Notes under the pieces: generated by a model
Databases searched by the model: none
What the model was told of the DNA's origin: nothing
What the model saw: only the letters and a program-made list of their open reading frames with translations
Source of the DNA: Bdellovibrionales bacterium
GTDB taxonomy: Bacteria; Bdellovibrionota; Bdellovibrionia; Bdellovibrionales; UBA1609
Assembly: GCA_027317865.1 (NCBI GenBank)
Contig: DAHVQG010000011.1
Span: 32,001 to 96,000, forward strand
Direction: 5' to 3'
Length of the DNA stretch: 64,000 bases
Program-made: the position numbers and the translations under genes
Shown here: positions 31,795 through 41,383 of the stretch, piece by piece
How the letters are laid out: every line of letters starts with the position of its first letter
Numbering within the stretch: the first letter of the stretch is position 1

Positions 31795-32883
31795 TTATAA
31801 AACCGCCTCAACAAATTCGGTTACAGAGAATGGACGCAAGTCTTCGACGGCTTCGCCGATCCCAACATGAGTGACCGGCACGCCCAGTTCGCCCGCAATG
31901 CCGATTACAATACCGCCTTTAGCGCTGCCATCCATCTTGGTTACGATAACCCCGGTTAATTCAAGTGCCGAGTTGAATTCACGAGCTTGCATCAACGCAT
32001 TTTGCCCTGCATTTGCGTCTATAACCAAAATTCGTTCATGTGGAGCTTCGGGCAAAACCTTCGTCATCACTCGTTTCATTTTTTTGAGTTCTTCCATCAA
32101 ATGTTCTTGCGTATGAAGTCGCCCGGCCGTGTCGACAAGAATCAAATCTGCGCCCATCGCTTTGCCGCGTTCAAGTCCGGAGTACGCCACGGCACTCGGA
32201 TCTTTAACGTTATCGGGGCTGTGAATTTCAGCACCGGCGCGGTCGGCCCATGCCTTGAGTTGACTGTCGGCAGCTGCTCGAAACGTATCACCGGCAACAA
32301 TCAGCGTTTTTAGACCTTGTGCGCGCGCAATGGCCGCGAGTTTTCCAATTGTTGTCGTTTTACCGGCGCCATTAACTCCCACAATCATCCAAACTATTGG
32401 CTTATGTTGATTGAGCCCGGCAAACAAATCGTGTTGACCGGCCGAGTTCAAAATCGTTTCAATTTTGACTTTTAAAGCTCCACGCACAGTTTCAAGATCG
32501 GCGCGCTCCGACCGATTTAAACTATCTAAAACTTGTTCAAGTAAACTCTCTGCTGTTTTGGGCCCCATGTCGCTTAAATAAAGAGCTTCTTCGATTTGGT
32601 CTTTGACCTCACCTTTTAGCTCACTATTTAAAAGGCCGCCGCTTGCGGCGTGAGCAATTCGCCCCCAAAAACTGGAACGTGTTTGCGCGAGCGCCGAGGC
32701 GAGCGAAGTTTTGCCTTTAGACTCACCTTCGATCTGGTACTCAATCGGCTTCTCTGTCAGAAGCTCTTGATCGTCTTTGTCGGTTTTAAAATAGTACCGG
32801 GCAAAATAATAAATTGTGGAAGTCACGACCGCAATAACAACAAACGCGACGGCCATAACGATTATAATAAATGATGAACCCAT
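31795..32883 (-). CDS. ftsY: SRP receptor FtsY with N-terminal TM helix
   Basis: GVNGAGKTTT.GKLA, DTFRAAA, DTAGRL, TKMDG.AKGG, G.GE..EDL. Confidence 0.96.
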   Translation of the reverse strand: MGSSFIIIVMAVAFVVIAVVTSTIYYFARYYFKTDKDDQELLTEKPIEYQIEGESKGKTSLASALAQTRSSFWGRIAHAASGGLLNSELKGEVKDQIEEALYLSDMGPKTAESLLEQVLDSLNRSERADLETVRGALKVKIETILNSAGQHDLFAGLNQHKPIVWMIVGVNGAGKTTTIGKLAAIARAQGLKTLIVAGDTFRAAADSQLKAWADRAGAEIHSPDNVKDPSAVAYSGLERGKAMGADLILVDTAGRLHTQEHLMEELKKMKRVMTKVLPEAPHERILVIDANAGQNALMQAREFNSALELTGVIVTKMDGSAKGGIVIGIAGELGVPVTHVGIGEAVEDLRPFSVTEFVEAVL

Positions 32884-32892
32884 TTTTAAACT

Positions 32893-35800
32893 CTAGGTCT
32901 GCGCCATTTTCTCGGCATCCGCTAAACTGACAGATACCATTTTCGACACTCCTTTTTCTTGCATCGTCACACCGTAAAGCTTGTTGTTTACCCGCATTGT
33001 GTGCTTATTGTGAGTAACAACAATAATTTGGGAGCGTTTTGCCATCTCTTTAACTAAATCGTTAAAGCGAAAAACATTCGCGTCGTCCAATGGAGCATCG
33101 ACCTCGTCAAGCAAACAAAACGGCGACGGACGTACGAGAAAAATCGAAAAAATGAGAGAAACCGCCGTGAGCGCCTTTTCACCGCCGGACAAAAGCGAAA
33201 CGTTTTGCGCTTTTTTGCCAGGGGGTCGCGCGACAATGTCGATACCCGGTTCATCCGATTCGAGGTCTTCAACCATTGTCAGTTGCGCTTCACCGCCGCC
33301 AAACAAAACGGGGAAGACCTTCTGAAAGCGTTCGTTCACTTGCTCAAACGTATCTTTGAAGCGGCGCGAACAAATTCGGTTTATGCGTTCAATCACCTTG
33401 CGCAAATTATCTTTCGCTTCGAGCAGATCGGCGTGCTGCTTCGACAAAAATTCGTAGCGCTCTTTAACCTCATCGTATTCTTGTATCGCCGACAGGTTCA
33501 CTTCGCCGATGCGCTTGACTTTATCGCGAAGGTCTTCAACGTCGCGAAGGTACTGCGCTTCTTTTTCGCCGTCCGGCTCGAAGGTGTATTGTTGCGCCAC
33601 GGAGTCCAGATCGAGTTGATACCGCTCCTGAATTTGTTCAAGAAGCCGCGATTCTTGCATTCGAGATTGTTCAAGTTTCAGTTGTGTTTCGTTTATTCGA
33701 GTCTGAATCGCGCGCAGTTCGTGATGATTTTTCGACACAAGCTCTTCATTTTGGCGGACTTGCGCCGCAAGATTTTCAAATTCATCGCGTGCCTGTGCGA
33801 CCGAAAGTTCAGCTTCGCTGGTTTGATGCACCAACTTTTGCAATTCGGTTTGCAACTGTTCGACCTCAACCTGACTGGAAGTGAGCGTGCTCGAATTGCG
33901 AGTCGTTTCTTCTGACATTTGCGAGATGTTTTGTTGCAAGTCCGAAAGCGCCGCTTCAAGCCGCATCAATTCGCGTTCTAAGCCCTCGACTTCTTGGCGT
34001 CTTGCCGCCGCGCTCACTTTAAGTTCAGTGACTTCGCGGCCTTTTTCTTCAACTCCCGCACGAATTTGATCCAGTTCACTCGTCAAAGATGCGACTCGCT
34101 CTTCGCTCACCGCCATTTTCTCTTTCAACGTCGCGAGCTCGGCCGTAACCGCGTCTTGCGCTTTTTGAATCGAGTCCTTTTCGGATTCGATTTTTTGCAG
34201 TTCGCGAGTTTCACGTTCCCACGCGTTTTGCGCGCTGTTTAGCTCAAGCTCCGCACGCTCGAGATCTTTTTTGAGTTCCGCAATTCGTATTTCTTTCTCA
34301 ACCGCCGTCTTCTTTGCCGCTTCAAATGATTCTTCAAGACCGCCGGCCTGCTCCTCAAGTTTTTTAAGACTGAGTTGCGCGAGTTGCAGTTTGCCGCTCA
34401 GTTCTTCGCGCTTCAACGAGAGTTCTTTGATCTCCCGACGCCGTTTCAAAACTCCTGAATCGGCACTCTCGGAGGCACCACCGGTCAAAACTCCATCAGG
34501 CGATAAAATATCGCCATCCATTGTCACAAATGACCGCCCCGGATAAATCGAGCGAAGCCGTAGCGCCGTTCGAATCGAATCAACAATCACGACATCATCG
34601 AAAAAATGAGCCACTTGGGAGCGGTATACTTCAGGAACCGAAACCACTTCGTGTAACAGCGCCTGAACGCCCGGCTCGGATTTAAGCTGCACTTCGTGAA
34701 CGGTCGGCGTAGAAGCCTGTTCAACAACTGCACCTTGAACCGACAAAAAACTGGATCGGCCACGCTTCTGCGTTTTCAAATAGTCAACTGCACCCATCGA
34801 TTGATCGTCCGATTGCGCAAGAAGAAGTTGCAAGTGAGTGCCAAGCGACGCCTCCATAGCTAATTCGTATTGCGCCGGAACTTCAACAACGTCGGCTAGT
34901 GGTCGGAAATCGGCCGCATTACCTTCGTCATGGTGCGCACGTTGCCACATCAGTACACTGCGCACGCCATCTTCGAAGCCTTCGAAATTCGACTGCAAAT
35001 TTTCAAGTCCGTAAAGGCGGCTCGCGACCTGGTTTAACTCATCTTTGAGAAGGTCATTTTCAGCTCGCCGAGATTCTTTTTGGCGTCGCACTTCTTGTAA
35101 ATTCGCACTGATTAAATCGAGATCACGCGTGTGATCGAGCTGTAACTGACGTTCTGACTCAAGAGTTTTATATACGCGGTTACGCCGCTCGGTAAATTCT
35201 GTTTTTTTCGCAAGAAACTCGGCAACCGACGTTTGAACCTGTGTTAATTTTTGCGATTCTTCTTCAAACCGCGAATTCAATACACCTTCGCGTGCTTCAA
35301 GATGAGTGAGCGACGCTTGAATTGCCAGCATTTCTCGCCGCGCTTCGGTGAGCTCACGGTCTGCGCTTTGAATTCGCGCCACGATCTGGGAGTAGGCTGC
35401 ATCTTTGGTCTGCCAATCCGAATCAAGACGAACGAGATCTTCTCGCGCCTCTGTCAAACGCCCACTTAATTCGGTACGCTCATTTTCTAAATTTTCTTTT
35501 CGCAGTGAATACTGCGCAAGCATCGACCCGGTCATTTCGTTCGAGCGTCGGGCCTGCTCGATTGCAAGATTTAATTCACGAATGCGAAATTCCGTTTCTT
35601 GAGTTTTTTGAAGTTGTTCGCGATGCTCCGTCTGGCGAGTCTGAACATTTGCTTCTTTTTCTGCCAATTCGAGCCGGCCCGCTGAAAGATTGGCCTCGAG
35701 TTCCGACACTTGCGCCAGAGCGGCCGTTTCGGCTTGTTGTGCTTCGCTATGGGCCGATTCGGCACTCGCCGAATCTTGGCGCAGTTTTTGAAACTGATGA

Positions 35801-36501
35801 GACGCAAGCCACAGATCTTTTTCTTGCAGCTCTTGTTTGAGTTTGCGGTATCGCTCCGCACGCTGAGCTTGCCGCTCGAGGCTTTCGATCTGCCGCTTTT
35901 GTTCGCCGATTATATCTTGCAACCGAATGAGATTTTGGTCGGTTGTTTCGAGTTTACGCTGCGATTCGCGTTTGCGTACCTTGAATTTAGTTATCCCAGC
36001 CGCTTCTTCAATCAGCATCCGGCGATCTTCCGGTTTTGCCGTGATAATTTTGCCAATCGCGCCTTGTTCGATGATCGAAAAACCTTTTGCTCCCGCGCCT
36101 GTATCCATGAAAATTTCTTGAATATCGCGCAGACGCGCCGGTTCTTTATTGATCAAATATTCGGATTCGCCGTTGCGGTGAAGCCGTCGAGTCACTTGCA
36201 CTTCTGTAAAACGGGCATATTGCACTGGAAAAGGCCCGCCATCATTTTCGAGTGTCAATGACACTTCGGCCATGCCCATAGGGGCATACCCTTCGGCACC
36301 GGCAAAAATGACGTCTTCCATCGACGATCCACGCATGTGCTTCGCCGACATTTCGCCCATTACCCACACGAGAGCATCGACAATGTTGGATTTGCCGCAA
36401 CCGTTAGGCCCGACAACTCCAGTAATGCCTTCATCAAATTGTATAACAGTTCGATCTTTAAACGATTTAAACCCGAAGAGTTCCAGTTTTTTGATTCGCA
36501 A
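32893..36501 (-). CDS. smc: Chromosome segregation protein SMC
   Basis: GFKSF, GPNGCGKSN, coiled coils with hinge, LSGGEK, LDEVDAPLD; TTG start. Confidence 0.97.
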   Translation of the reverse strand: MRIKKLELFGFKSFKDRTVIQFDEGITGVVGPNGCGKSNIVDALVWVMGEMSAKHMRGSSMEDVIFAGAEGYAPMGMAEVSLTLENDGGPFPVQYARFTEVQVTRRLHRNGESEYLINKEPARLRDIQEIFMDTGAGAKGFSIIEQGAIGKIITAKPEDRRMLIEEAAGITKFKVRKRESQRKLETTDQNLIRLQDIIGEQKRQIESLERQAQRAERYRKLKQELQEKDLWLASHQFQKLRQDSASAESAHSEAQQAETAALAQVSELEANLSAGRLELAEKEANVQTRQTEHREQLQKTQETEFRIRELNLAIEQARRSNEMTGSMLAQYSLRKENLENERTELSGRLTEAREDLVRLDSDWQTKDAAYSQIVARIQSADRELTEARREMLAIQASLTHLEAREGVLNSRFEEESQKLTQVQTSVAEFLAKKTEFTERRNRVYKTLESERQLQLDHTRDLDLISANLQEVRRQKESRRAENDLLKDELNQVASRLYGLENLQSNFEGFEDGVRSVLMWQRAHHDEGNAADFRPLADVVEVPAQYELAMEASLGTHLQLLLAQSDDQSMGAVDYLKTQKRGRSSFLSVQGAVVEQASTPTVHEVQLKSEPGVQALLHEVVSVPEVYRSQVAHFFDDVVIVDSIRTALRLRSIYPGRSFVTMDGDILSPDGVLTGGASESADSGVLKRRREIKELSLKREELSGKLQLAQLSLKKLEEQAGGLEESFEAAKKTAVEKEIRIAELKKDLERAELELNSAQNAWERETRELQKIESEKDSIQKAQDAVTAELATLKEKMAVSEERVASLTSELDQIRAGVEEKGREVTELKVSAAARRQEVEGLERELMRLEAALSDLQQNISQMSEETTRNSSTLTSSQVEVEQLQTELQKLVHQTSEAELSVAQARDEFENLAAQVRQNEELVSKNHHELRAIQTRINETQLKLEQSRMQESRLLEQIQERYQLDLDSVAQQYTFEPDGEKEAQYLRDVEDLRDKVKRIGEVNLSAIQEYDEVKERYEFLSKQHADLLEAKDNLRKVIERINRICSRRFKDTFEQVNERFQKVFPVLFGGGEAQLTMVEDLESDEPGIDIVARPPGKKAQNVSLLSGGEKALTAVSLIFSIFLVRPSPFCLLDEVDAPLDDANVFRFNDLVKEMAKRSQIIVVTHNKHTMRVNNKLYGVTMQEKGVSKMVSVSLADAEKMAQT

Positions 36502-39142
36502 CTTCTGTCTCCCGCCGTAAGGTCGCTTGTGCCGCTGCCAACCGTGCTATAGGAACACGATAGGGCGAACAGCTCACATAATGCAACCCCACTTCATGAA
36601 AAAATTCAATCGAATTTGGGTCCCCGCCATGCTCGCCACAAATGCCAAGCTTGATATTAGGTCGCGTCTTTTGCCCTAATTCAACTGCTTTTTTCACAAG
36701 TGCCCCAACACCGTCGCGGTCAATGGTTTGGAACGGATCATGGGATAAAATTCCATCGGCGACATAGGTGCTTAAAAACCGGGCAGAATCATCGCGTGAA
36801 AGCCCCAAAGTGGTTTGAGTCAGGTCATTGGTGCCAAAGCTGAAAAATTCGGCATCTTCAGCAATTTGATCAGCGGTCAAAGCGGCCCGCGGGAGCTCAA
36901 TCATCGTGCCTATCGGTATATTGAGCTGTATGCCGGTCTCTTGTTGCACGCGTTCGAGTTCCACCTCAACTAAACGCTTCAGCCGCCGCAATTCCTCTTT
37001 CATGCCGACCAGGGGGATCATAATTTCAGGTTTCGGCTGTTGCTTTTCTTTGAGGAGTAATATTGTCGCTTCGGCCACGGCTCGCGCCTGCATCTGATAT
37101 ATTTCAGGATAGGTTATCGCAAGGCGACAGCCTCTGTGACCGAGCATCGGGTTAAATTCATGTAGATTACGAATTTTCGCGCGCAGTGAGTTTTCATCCC
37201 ATTTCAGCCGCTGAGCCAAATCCACAATATCTTTGTCGGTTTGCGGTAAAAACTCGTGTAGAGGAGGGTCTAAAAACCGGATCGTCACGGTAAGCCCGTC
37301 CATCGCCCGCAAAATTCCCGCAAAGTCGCTTCTCTGCATCGGGAGCAAACGATCGAGCGCGCGAATACGGGCATCGCGCTCATCAGCCATGATCATCTCG
37401 CGGACCACGTCAATTCGATCGGCATTGAAAAACATGTGCTCGGTTCGGCATAGGCCAACCCCTTCGGCGCCAAACCGACGAGCCACTTCCGCATCGTGAG
37501 GAGTGTCGGCGTTCGTGCGAACGCCAAGACGCCGAAACTTGTCGGCAAGTTTCATCATGTACGTGAACTGATCGTCGAGCATCGGCTCAACCGTTTTGAC
37601 TTCGCCCAAAAACACTTCACCTGTTGAACCATCAAGAGTAATAAAATCGCCTTCTTTAAGGACATAATCATTCACTCGCACGGTTTTCGAGCGATAATCG
37701 ACGTCCATTTCTCCTGCCCCGGCGACACAACACTTACCCATTCCGCGAGCGACAACCGCCGCATGAGATGTCATGCCCCCTCGAGTGGTCAAAACGCCTT
37801 GCGCTTTCACCATCCCTTCAATGTCTTCGGGAGAAGTTTCAACCCGCACCAAAACTACTCTTTTGCCGTTTTCAGCCCATTCCACGGCCGCCTCGGATGA
37901 AAATACGATTTGCCCCACTGCGGCCCCAGGGCTCGCCGGCAATCCCTTAGTAAGCTTTGTCTTCACGGCTTTCGGATCAAGCGTCGGATGTAAAAGTTGA
38001 TCAAGCCCCTTTGGCTCCACGCGCATGACCGCTTCTTTTTCACTAATTAAATTTTCTTTCACCATGTCGCGCGCCATGCGAAGCGCCGCTTGTGCCGTGC
38101 GTTTACCAGTGCGTGTTTGCAACATGTAGAGTTGCCCGCGCTCGATGGTGAATTCGATATCTTGCATATCACGGTAGTGTTTTTCGAGTTTTTGGTAGAC
38201 ATCGACCAGTTGTGCGTACGCCTTTGGCATGATCTCTTTGAGTTTATCAATCGTTTCGGGAGTGCGAATTCCGGCCACCACGTCTTCGCCTTGCGCATTC
38301 ACCATAAATTCGCCAAAAAACTTCGCCTCACCGGTTGACGGGTTACGCGTAAACGCAACTCCCGTAGCCGAGTCGTCGCCCATGTTGCCGAAAACCATCG
38401 ACTGGACATTAACGGCAGTCCCCCACGAATTCGGATACCCGTGTAATTCGCGATACGTGATGGCGCGAGGAGTGTTCCAACTTTTAAATACCGCCGCAAT
38501 CGCGCCAAGCAATTGCTCCTTTGGGTCCATCGGGAAGGCCCGCCCCGTATGCTCCGCAATTTGCTTTTTATATTTTTGAATCAGCGACTTCAGATCGTCG
38601 ACTGTCAGCTCGGTGTCAGTTTTATAGTTTTTTTCGTGTTTTAAATCTTCAAGTATCACTTCAAGAAAAGTGCCATTCATCCCCATAACAACATTAGAAT
38701 ACATCTGCAAAAATCGCCGATATGCATCGTAAGCAAAACGCGGGTTGTTGGCCGCTTTCGCTAGCGATTCAACCGTTTGATCATTCAGGCCGAGATTGAG
38801 AATTGTATCCATCATGCCCGGCATCGAAACTCGTGCGCCCGAACGAACGCTCACGAGGAGCGGATTGGCGGGAGCATGTTCAGCGGTCGCGAATTGTTTT
38901 CCGGTTAGCTTTTCAACCTTTTTCATTGCCGCTTCGACATCTGCGATCAATTCAGCGGGCAACTTTTCGCCGTTTTCGTAAAAGGCCTGGCAAATTTCAG
39001 TGGATATCGTAAAACCGGGAGGCACTGGCAAGCCAAGCGACGTCATTTCGGCAAGGCCGGCGCCTTTACCACCGAGCACGTCTTTCATTTTGCCATTGCC
39101 GTCTGTTTGCGTAGACGAGAAAAAATAGATGAACTTTTTCAT
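36467..39142 (-). CDS. ppdK: Pyruvate, phosphate dikinase
   Basis: LGGKGA.LAEM, PLLVSVRSGA..SMPGMMDT, GGMTSHAAV, GLCRTEHMF, FSFGTNDLTQ, GICGEHGGDP. Confidence 0.97.
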   Translation of the reverse strand: MKKFIYFFSSTQTDGNGKMKDVLGGKGAGLAEMTSLGLPVPPGFTISTEICQAFYENGEKLPAELIADVEAAMKKVEKLTGKQFATAEHAPANPLLVSVRSGARVSMPGMMDTILNLGLNDQTVESLAKAANNPRFAYDAYRRFLQMYSNVVMGMNGTFLEVILEDLKHEKNYKTDTELTVDDLKSLIQKYKKQIAEHTGRAFPMDPKEQLLGAIAAVFKSWNTPRAITYRELHGYPNSWGTAVNVQSMVFGNMGDDSATGVAFTRNPSTGEAKFFGEFMVNAQGEDVVAGIRTPETIDKLKEIMPKAYAQLVDVYQKLEKHYRDMQDIEFTIERGQLYMLQTRTGKRTAQAALRMARDMVKENLISEKEAVMRVEPKGLDQLLHPTLDPKAVKTKLTKGLPASPGAAVGQIVFSSEAAVEWAENGKRVVLVRVETSPEDIEGMVKAQGVLTTRGGMTSHAAVVARGMGKCCVAGAGEMDVDYRSKTVRVNDYVLKEGDFITLDGSTGEVFLGEVKTVEPMLDDQFTYMMKLADKFRRLGVRTNADTPHDAEVARRFGAEGVGLCRTEHMFFNADRIDVVREMIMADERDARIRALDRLLPMQRSDFAGILRAMDGLTVTIRFLDPPLHEFLPQTDKDIVDLAQRLKWDENSLRAKIRNLHEFNPMLGHRGCRLAITYPEIYQMQARAVAEATILLLKEKQQPKPEIMIPLVGMKEELRRLKRLVEVELERVQQETGIQLNIPIGTMIELPRAALTADQIAEDAEFFSFGTNDLTQTTLGLSRDDSARFLSTYVADGILSHDPFQTIDRDGVGALVKKAVELGQKTRPNIKLGICGEHGGDPNSIEFFHEVGLHYVSCSPYRVPIARLAAAQATLRRETEVANQKTGTLRV

Positions 39143-39251
39143 GGCTTCCCTCTTCTCATGGTGCACTGAATTCGCACCGTGCCGTCGCTCCCGTTGACCC
39201 TCTGTGGCTAACATTCGTGCGAAATACAGTCAACCGCGATCTACCTTTAGT

Positions 39252-40067
39252 TTAATTCGGCTCTATCCAAAACCAGTCTATATTTAGGTTGGCGATGTCT
39301 TCGGCTTTTGAGTCCTTAACAAGCTGATTTGCCCGTTTCAAAAAATCCGTAATCTCCTCGCGCAGCTTTTCGAAATCCGACCTTGATATTGAAAATTGCC
39401 CCGAATACATCAACTCGCCATCAAGTAAAGTTTCGCTTCTGCGAATTGCATTGATCCTCCAATTAGAATAGTGCTTGAGCACGTATGGCGACCCGCGCTC
39501 GACAAATGTGCTCTGCACCCCCATCGTATATGTACCGGACCGCTCGATACAAAGCCCGGCACTGACCAAAAATCTCACAATTTCAGCCGCCACATTTTTT
39601 TTAATTCCAAACCTTGCTACAATATCGTCAAGAGTAACTCCCTTTTCGCGAGTCGACGTAAAAAGATGAACGGCGGAGTAAATCCAACTCGAATAAAAAA
39701 CGGCGCGCTCTTGATCGGTCAGTTTTTTTTCGTGCGAAATGCGCTTTGAAAGCTTCAGAGCTTCATTTTTCAACAACACAATTTTTTTATCTAAGTGCCG
39801 ACGAAGCTCAACCGTGCCCGCCCGCTCCCGTTGAATCAAAAGCGAAAAGTATTCCGTCTCAGCTTCTGAATGGGCTAGATATTCACTCAACAACAAGGCC
39901 TGCTCGGGATTGAACTCCCGCAGACCGGACATAATTTGACTAATCAATGTCGTGTTAACCCGCAAATGTTGGGCAATCTTAGACAACTCGCCGCGACCCT
40001 TGCGTGGAAGATGCCGGATATATTGACGAAGGTAGGTGCGATAATCGTTGAATTCAAAAATCGTCAT
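39252..40067 (-). CDS. TIGR02147 family regulator (HTH + DUF4423)
   Basis: IFEF.DYR.YL, N-terminal HTH (IAQHL.V...LISQI.SG.R), FYSSW.YSA, C-terminal LN.D.F. Confidence 0.82.
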   Translation of the reverse strand: MTIFEFNDYRTYLRQYIRHLPRKGRGELSKIAQHLRVNTTLISQIMSGLREFNPEQALLLSEYLAHSEAETEYFSLLIQRERAGTVELRRHLDKKIVLLKNEALKLSKRISHEKKLTDQERAVFYSSWIYSAVHLFTSTREKGVTLDDIVARFGIKKNVAAEIVRFLVSAGLCIERSGTYTMGVQSTFVERGSPYVLKHYSNWRINAIRRSETLLDGELMYSGQFSISRSDFEKLREEITDFLKRANQLVKDSKAEDIANLNIDWFWIEPN

Positions 40068-40095
40068 GGCTGAATTGTACTATAATCAAATATAA

Positions 40096-40113
40096 ATTTA
40101 CAAATTTGTAAAT
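40096..40113. promoter_or_regulatory. Perfect 18-bp palindrome, candidate operator
   Basis: ATTTACAAATTTGTAAAT overlapping the putative -35 (TTGTAA, minus strand) of the TIGR02147 gene; partial copy CAAATTTATAAA about 10 bp further on. Confidence 0.6.
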
Positions 40114-40211
40114 AAATGCAGACCAAATTTATAAAAGAAATCTATCCGTGACTGCTGCGAAGCATTACATTGGCCCTGTAATTGCTAACTCACTAACAAA
40201 GGAGAAGAAAA

Positions 40212-41198
40212 ATGAGCCCCCAATCACTAGCCCGAGTTTTCGGGACGGGAATTGTCACATTGCTTGTCGCCAGTACAGTTGCTTTTGCCGGTGGCGCCAA
40301 CGGTGGCGGCGGCAACCCGACGCCGGTATCAATCGCTAACTCGTGTGACGTATATAATGCCATCAGCGACGCCAAAATGGCGCTGCCAAAACTTGTGCTG
40401 ACCTATTTAAATGATGCACAAGCGAATCCAAATGGCGGAAATTATGACCAAGTCGGGGCGACCCAGCTTTTCATAAAGAACCTAGCCAATACGAAGAACC
40501 GCCTGAATTCGATTCACTGGCAAATCCGCGACAACGGTCTTTGCTACTACATCGACGCCCACGGTAAAAAAATCTATCAAGTGGGTTCCGGCAATCCCGC
40601 TACAAATACGATTTGTTTAAGCGCAGCCGGACTGCTTAAAGACAGGATTCCTGTTCACATTATTCAAGGCAAGGTGCTAGCACTCGCGTTTCGAGAATTT
40701 TCTCATCTGTTAGGCTCAAACGAAGATCAAGCCGCCCAGTTTCAACAAATAGCTGAAGGGTACCTCAACACCTACTCTTATAATGCGTTAGGTGTTTATG
40801 CACACGACTATTTCAGCGTGTTGAATCGCTATGATCACGACACCGAAAGATCAATAAAGGTAATCAACAAAGTGCCCGTTTCAAAACTGGGCAAGGCTGA
40901 AAATTTGGTGCTCGTGAACCTGTGGAGCGACATGGTCGGAATAAATGAAGCCAGTAGCCAAGAATTCGAGGTTGGACTCGATCTCCTTTCAACAAATGCA
41001 TTGCACAAGCTCTATGCCGCCGCAGACATGACAAGCGCACTATCGTCATGCTTAACCAAACCCACTCCAAAAGCCCAATTTATCAAGCAACTCAAAGATA
41101 TCTATCAAACATTGAGTGCCGTGATAAATGCACTGTATCCGCTCCCGCCAGAAACGGTTTCAAGCTCGTGTTCGCCGAACGTTTCGAATTCGAAGTAA
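40212..41198 (+). CDS. Secreted protein with Gly-rich N-terminus and degenerate HExxH (REFSH)
   Basis: AAGGAG RBS, signal peptide ending AFA, then GGANGGGG; I.LS...L....LALAFREFSHLLG..E..A. Confidence 0.7.
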   Translation: MSPQSLARVFGTGIVTLLVASTVAFAGGANGGGGNPTPVSIANSCDVYNAISDAKMALPKLVLTYLNDAQANPNGGNYDQVGATQLFIKNLANTKNRLNSIHWQIRDNGLCYYIDAHGKKIYQVGSGNPATNTICLSAAGLLKDRIPVHIIQGKVLALAFREFSHLLGSNEDQAAQFQQIAEGYLNTYSYNALGVYAHDYFSVLNRYDHDTERSIKVINKVPVSKLGKAENLVLVNLWSDMVGINEASSQEFEVGLDLLSTNALHKLYAAADMTSALSSCLTKPTPKAQFIKQLKDIYQTLSAVINALYPLPPETVSSSCSPNVSNSK

Positions 41199-41220
41199 AA
41201 TTCGATTGAACCCCGCCTAA

Positions 41221-41265
41221 GCGACCATGCTCCCGATTGTTCGAGCATGGTCGTTTTGCATTTTT
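41221..41265 (+). terminator. Rho-independent terminator
   Basis: GCGACCATGCTC / GAGCATGGTCGT 12-bp stem followed by a T-rich tract. Confidence 0.75.
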
Positions 41266-41383
41266 ACGCCTGTGATGCGGCAACTTGAAAAGACGGCGAA
41301 ATTGAACCGGCTAACAATATCCGGACCGAAGTCTATGTGCCGACGGTAATTTGGCTCGAATAAAAAACCGAGAAGCACCAAAT

